DNA from: Tubulanus polymorphus
Taxonomy: Eukaryota; Animalia; Nemertea
Length of the DNA stretch: 64,000 bases
Assembly: GCF_964204645.1 (NCBI RefSeq)
Contig: NC_134026.1
Coordinates: 20,432,150-20,496,149, forward strand
Direction: 5' to 3'
The position numbers and the translations under genes are program-made. Below are positions 63,001 to 64,000 of this stretch, piece after piece. The notes beneath the pieces are model-generated. The model searched no databases. It had not been told where the DNA came from and worked only from the letters and a program-made list of their open reading frames with translations. The first letter of the stretch is position 1; every line of letters starts with the position of its first letter.

Positions 63001-64000
63001 ATCATCGGCCCGCGATCTGAATGGTTAAGAGACAGAACAGTATATAGAACATAATGACAATCGAGTAATAAATAGACACTATGATTAAATAATCCTGAAA
63101 GCTCGATTACCTTGACGACGACGCATCGTCCCGGACCACTTGCCGTGGTCGCCATCCTTCTTATCCCATTGGCTGTGATCTTTGCCTTCGTAGTCGTCTT
63201 CATCGGCATCGTTTTCGAGTTCGTTCACCTCTTCTTCGTCCGGTTCAGGTATTCGAAATTTTCGGCAACACACCTTGCAACCTGTGTGGCACGTGTGTGT
63301 TACGGTGGGACAGTCGCTGTCGGAATCGCACGTTGCTGGATCTTCGTCGTCGCGCGAGTCGTCTTCGTTATTCGCCGAGCACGGGTTCGCCGGACACGCC
63401 GGAACCGCCCGATCTTGACACGAAACAAGGTAAAACACAGTTGACAATCATGCCGAAAACCTAGATCAGCGTGAACACCCATTTTGCACATGACATAAGT
63501 ATAAGATCACTGATTACAAACGATTGGTTCTTAAACCGAATAAGGAGTTCAGTGCCTAGTTTTGATTTAGATTCACGAATTTTGGAAATAGAATTATGCA
63601 ATTTTCTCGCAATCTCACGATGCCATCTTCTTTTAAAATCATCTTTAGATTAGAATAATGAGACGTGCATATTGCGACACATACCGATACACATTGCCTC
63701 TTCCAGTGTCGGACAGGGAGCCTTGTCACAGGGCTGGTTTAAGTTCTGGACGACGCATACTTGTTCGTCAGCACAAGTGATATTCTGCAATATATAGAAA
63801 AAAATCAATTTCGACTTAACGATTTTCAGCGCTTGTGATTAATGCAATAAGATACTTTTTCGTCACACCAATTCATTTAGATTTTTTTTTTCAATTCCTT
63901 TGATCGTAATAAGTATTTACATCGATTTCGCATAAATTGAGTTTACATTGGCACAAAGCACAACCCATATCGTCTTGCGCGAAACCATGTTCGCATTGTT
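53978..64000 (-). CDS. Large multi-exon type-I membrane protein, 5'-truncated: antistasin / FOLN-like / WAP-like / thyroglobulin-1 x3 / Met-His-Gly-rich region / Cys-rich module x3 / Kunitz / SEA / TM
   Basis: 20 exons with GT-AG boundaries and consistent phases: 63921-64000, 63685-63784, 63111-63413, 62821-63016, 62430-62566, 62306-62329, 62039-62197, 61827-61964, 60248-61720, 59738-59905, 59156-59338, 58141-58305, 57763-57939, 56709-56969, 56288-56384, 56146-56209, 55695-55796, 55037-55279, 54671-54748, 53978-54034. Joined, they give an uninterrupted ~1400-codon frame ending at TAA 53978-53980. Confidence 0.85.
54174..54380. repeat. Intronic palindromic repeat related to 14700-14810
   Basis: ATAACCACACTCAAACGTG...ATAAAAACCCA...GAATTTATTC, then inverted GAATAAATTC...TGGGTTTTTATGTT. 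Confidence 0.55.
54671..54748 (-). CDS. Exon: TM end, stop-transfer and Ser/Thr-rich cytoplasmic tail
   Basis: VLYIRYRRKSGGSLVSDSNSTTSSTK; AAG|GTAAAT donor. Confidence 0.8.
55037..55279 (-). CDS. Exon: juxtamembrane acidic/basic stretch and transmembrane helix
   Basis: EDDEDDDKDTEDRYKRKYHKKK then IVACILLGTTCLFGVLFLVFL; GTGAGT donor. Confidence 0.85.
55695..55796 (-). CDS. Exon: SEA domain part 3 with GSIIV motif
   Basis: FEKGSIIVSFTL...LVDKLEDS; TTTCAG acceptor, GTAGGA donor, phase 0-0. Confidence 0.8.
56146..56209 (-). CDS. Exon: SEA domain part 2
   Basis: VLMLKLMGILKVAAHQIRDLK; TTGCAG acceptor, GTAAGA donor. Confidence 0.75.
56288..56384 (-). CDS. Exon: SEA domain part 1
   Basis: SSKVRFRLKENYDKFFG...ALK; weaker GTAGAT donor, but the phase matches the next exon. 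Confidence 0.7.
56709..56969 (-). CDS. Exon: thyroglobulin type-1 domain 3
   Basis: TRCQ...ECAEDGSFKPLQCCRTRCWCVNDRGQ...PRC; TTTGTAG acceptor, GTAAGT donor. Confidence 0.9.
57164..57276. mobile_element. Intronic hairpin MITE (GGNCCAGTTCCACAGTT termini)
   Basis: TAGGACCCAGTTCCACAGTT...AACTGTGGAACTGGACCTA with internal CTGAGTTAA/TTAACTCAG; relatives at ~47812-47920, 31950-31998 and 47400-47435. Confidence 0.75.
57763..57939 (-). CDS. Exon: Cys-rich module copy 3 (6 Cys)
   Basis: VCDQTICNNFKCLGSKTAACVIDPITCERKV...PRC; phase 1-1. Confidence 0.8.
58141..58305 (-). CDS. Exon: Kunitz/BPTI domain
   Basis: CDREPKDKCKDKTPRWKYNSKKNRCVKYEGCKPGRHRWENNFPSKHACQVKC: six Cys, RW-x-YN, GC and NNF motifs. 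Confidence 0.85.
59156..59338 (-). CDS. Exon: Cys-rich module copy 2
   Basis: CPNGQLAHRCIDACAKSTCKADFSICIADPCNNCKVTWYNKMG...C; CACAG acceptor, GTAAGT donor. Confidence 0.85.
59738..59905 (-). CDS. Exon: degenerate thyroglobulin-1 domain 2 core
   Basis: YAPMCDEKGAYKPMQRHGNLCWKVKSDGSMI...SC; phase 1-1. Confidence 0.85.
60248..61720 (-). CDS. 1473-nt exon: Met/Gly/His/Pro-rich repeat region
   Basis: Lies within the 495-aa ORF; TTTTCCAG acceptor, GTAAGT donor, phase 1-1; GKPPMGGHGPM/GKPPMHGPW and MGGM repeats. Confidence 0.9.
61827..61964 (-). CDS. Exon: thyroglobulin-1 N-terminal helix (TPCQRE) leading into the Met-rich region
   Basis: CTGTAG acceptor, GTGAGT donor; DMTPCQREAW...IMMMVKYM...MMDMMKS. 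Confidence 0.85.
62039..62197 (-). CDS. Exon: Cys-rich module copy 1
   Basis: CKVDETVHNCCPSLCSMKCKKHPTAVCRVNPCNDCSAEYF...NDC; phase 1-1. Confidence 0.85.
62306..62329 (-). CDS. 24-nt micro-exon (DVTEPDEP linker)
   Basis: TATTTCAAG acceptor, CAG|GTAATT donor, symmetric phase 1-1, open frame. Confidence 0.55.
62430..62566 (-). CDS. Exon: thyroglobulin type-1 domain 1 core
   Basis: CTMTGYFQRVQCQPAYGLCWCVDRKDGKRIENT...PDC, with the QC and CWCV signatures. Confidence 0.9.
62821..63016 (-). CDS. Exon: Met/Lys-rich segment plus start of thyroglobulin-1 domain 1
   Basis: MMFMKMMMFKHVAYMKMKIMKRRMIMKKMMMMRWMHKPC...DFLPR; TTCAG acceptor, GTATAG donor. Confidence 0.8.
63111..63413 (-). CDS. Exon: WAP-like Cys module plus acidic linker
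   Basis: CPANPC...CDSDSDCPTVTHTCHTGCKVCC followed by an E/D-rich stretch; phase 1-1. Confidence 0.8.
63685..63784 (-). CDS. Exon: follistatin-N-like Cys module
   Basis: NITCADEQVCVVQNLNQPCDKAPCPTLEEAMCI; TTGCAG acceptor, GTATGT donor. Confidence 0.8.
63921..64000 (-). CDS. Exon (partial): antistasin-like domain
   Basis: QCEHGFAQDDMGCALCQCKLNLCEID matches C-x2-GF-x2-D-x2-GC-x2-C-x-C; GTAAAT donor, phase 0. Confidence 0.8.

Overview
AT-rich, CpG-undepleted eukaryotic DNA from an invertebrate animal (lophotrochozoan-like; inference only). Three genes are supported. (1) An intronless D1/Dop1R1-like dopamine receptor GPCR (+, 4116-5237). (2) A single-coding-exon MS4A/CD20-like four-TM protein (+, 52203-52796). 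(3) The 3' part of a large minus-strand gene that I spliced by hand into 20 frame-consistent exons (53978->64000, ~1400 aa in the window, 5' end outside). Its product is a type-I membrane mosaic: antistasin, follistatin-N-like, WAP-like, three thyroglobulin type-1, three copies of an unnamed Cys-rich module, Kunitz, SEA (GSIIV), TM and an NxxY tail. It also carries ~600 aa of extremely Met/His/Gly-rich sequence, most of it apparently inserted inside one thyroglobulin domain. The ~46 kb between genes 1 and 2 has no credible coding exon. It is filled with MITEs, LINE 3' relics, microsatellites, a Penelope GIY-YIG relic, several palindromic minimal-hammerhead-ribozyme-like elements and a MITE whose arms look like tRNA/Pol III promoters. 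All calls come from reading the sequence; no searches were run.
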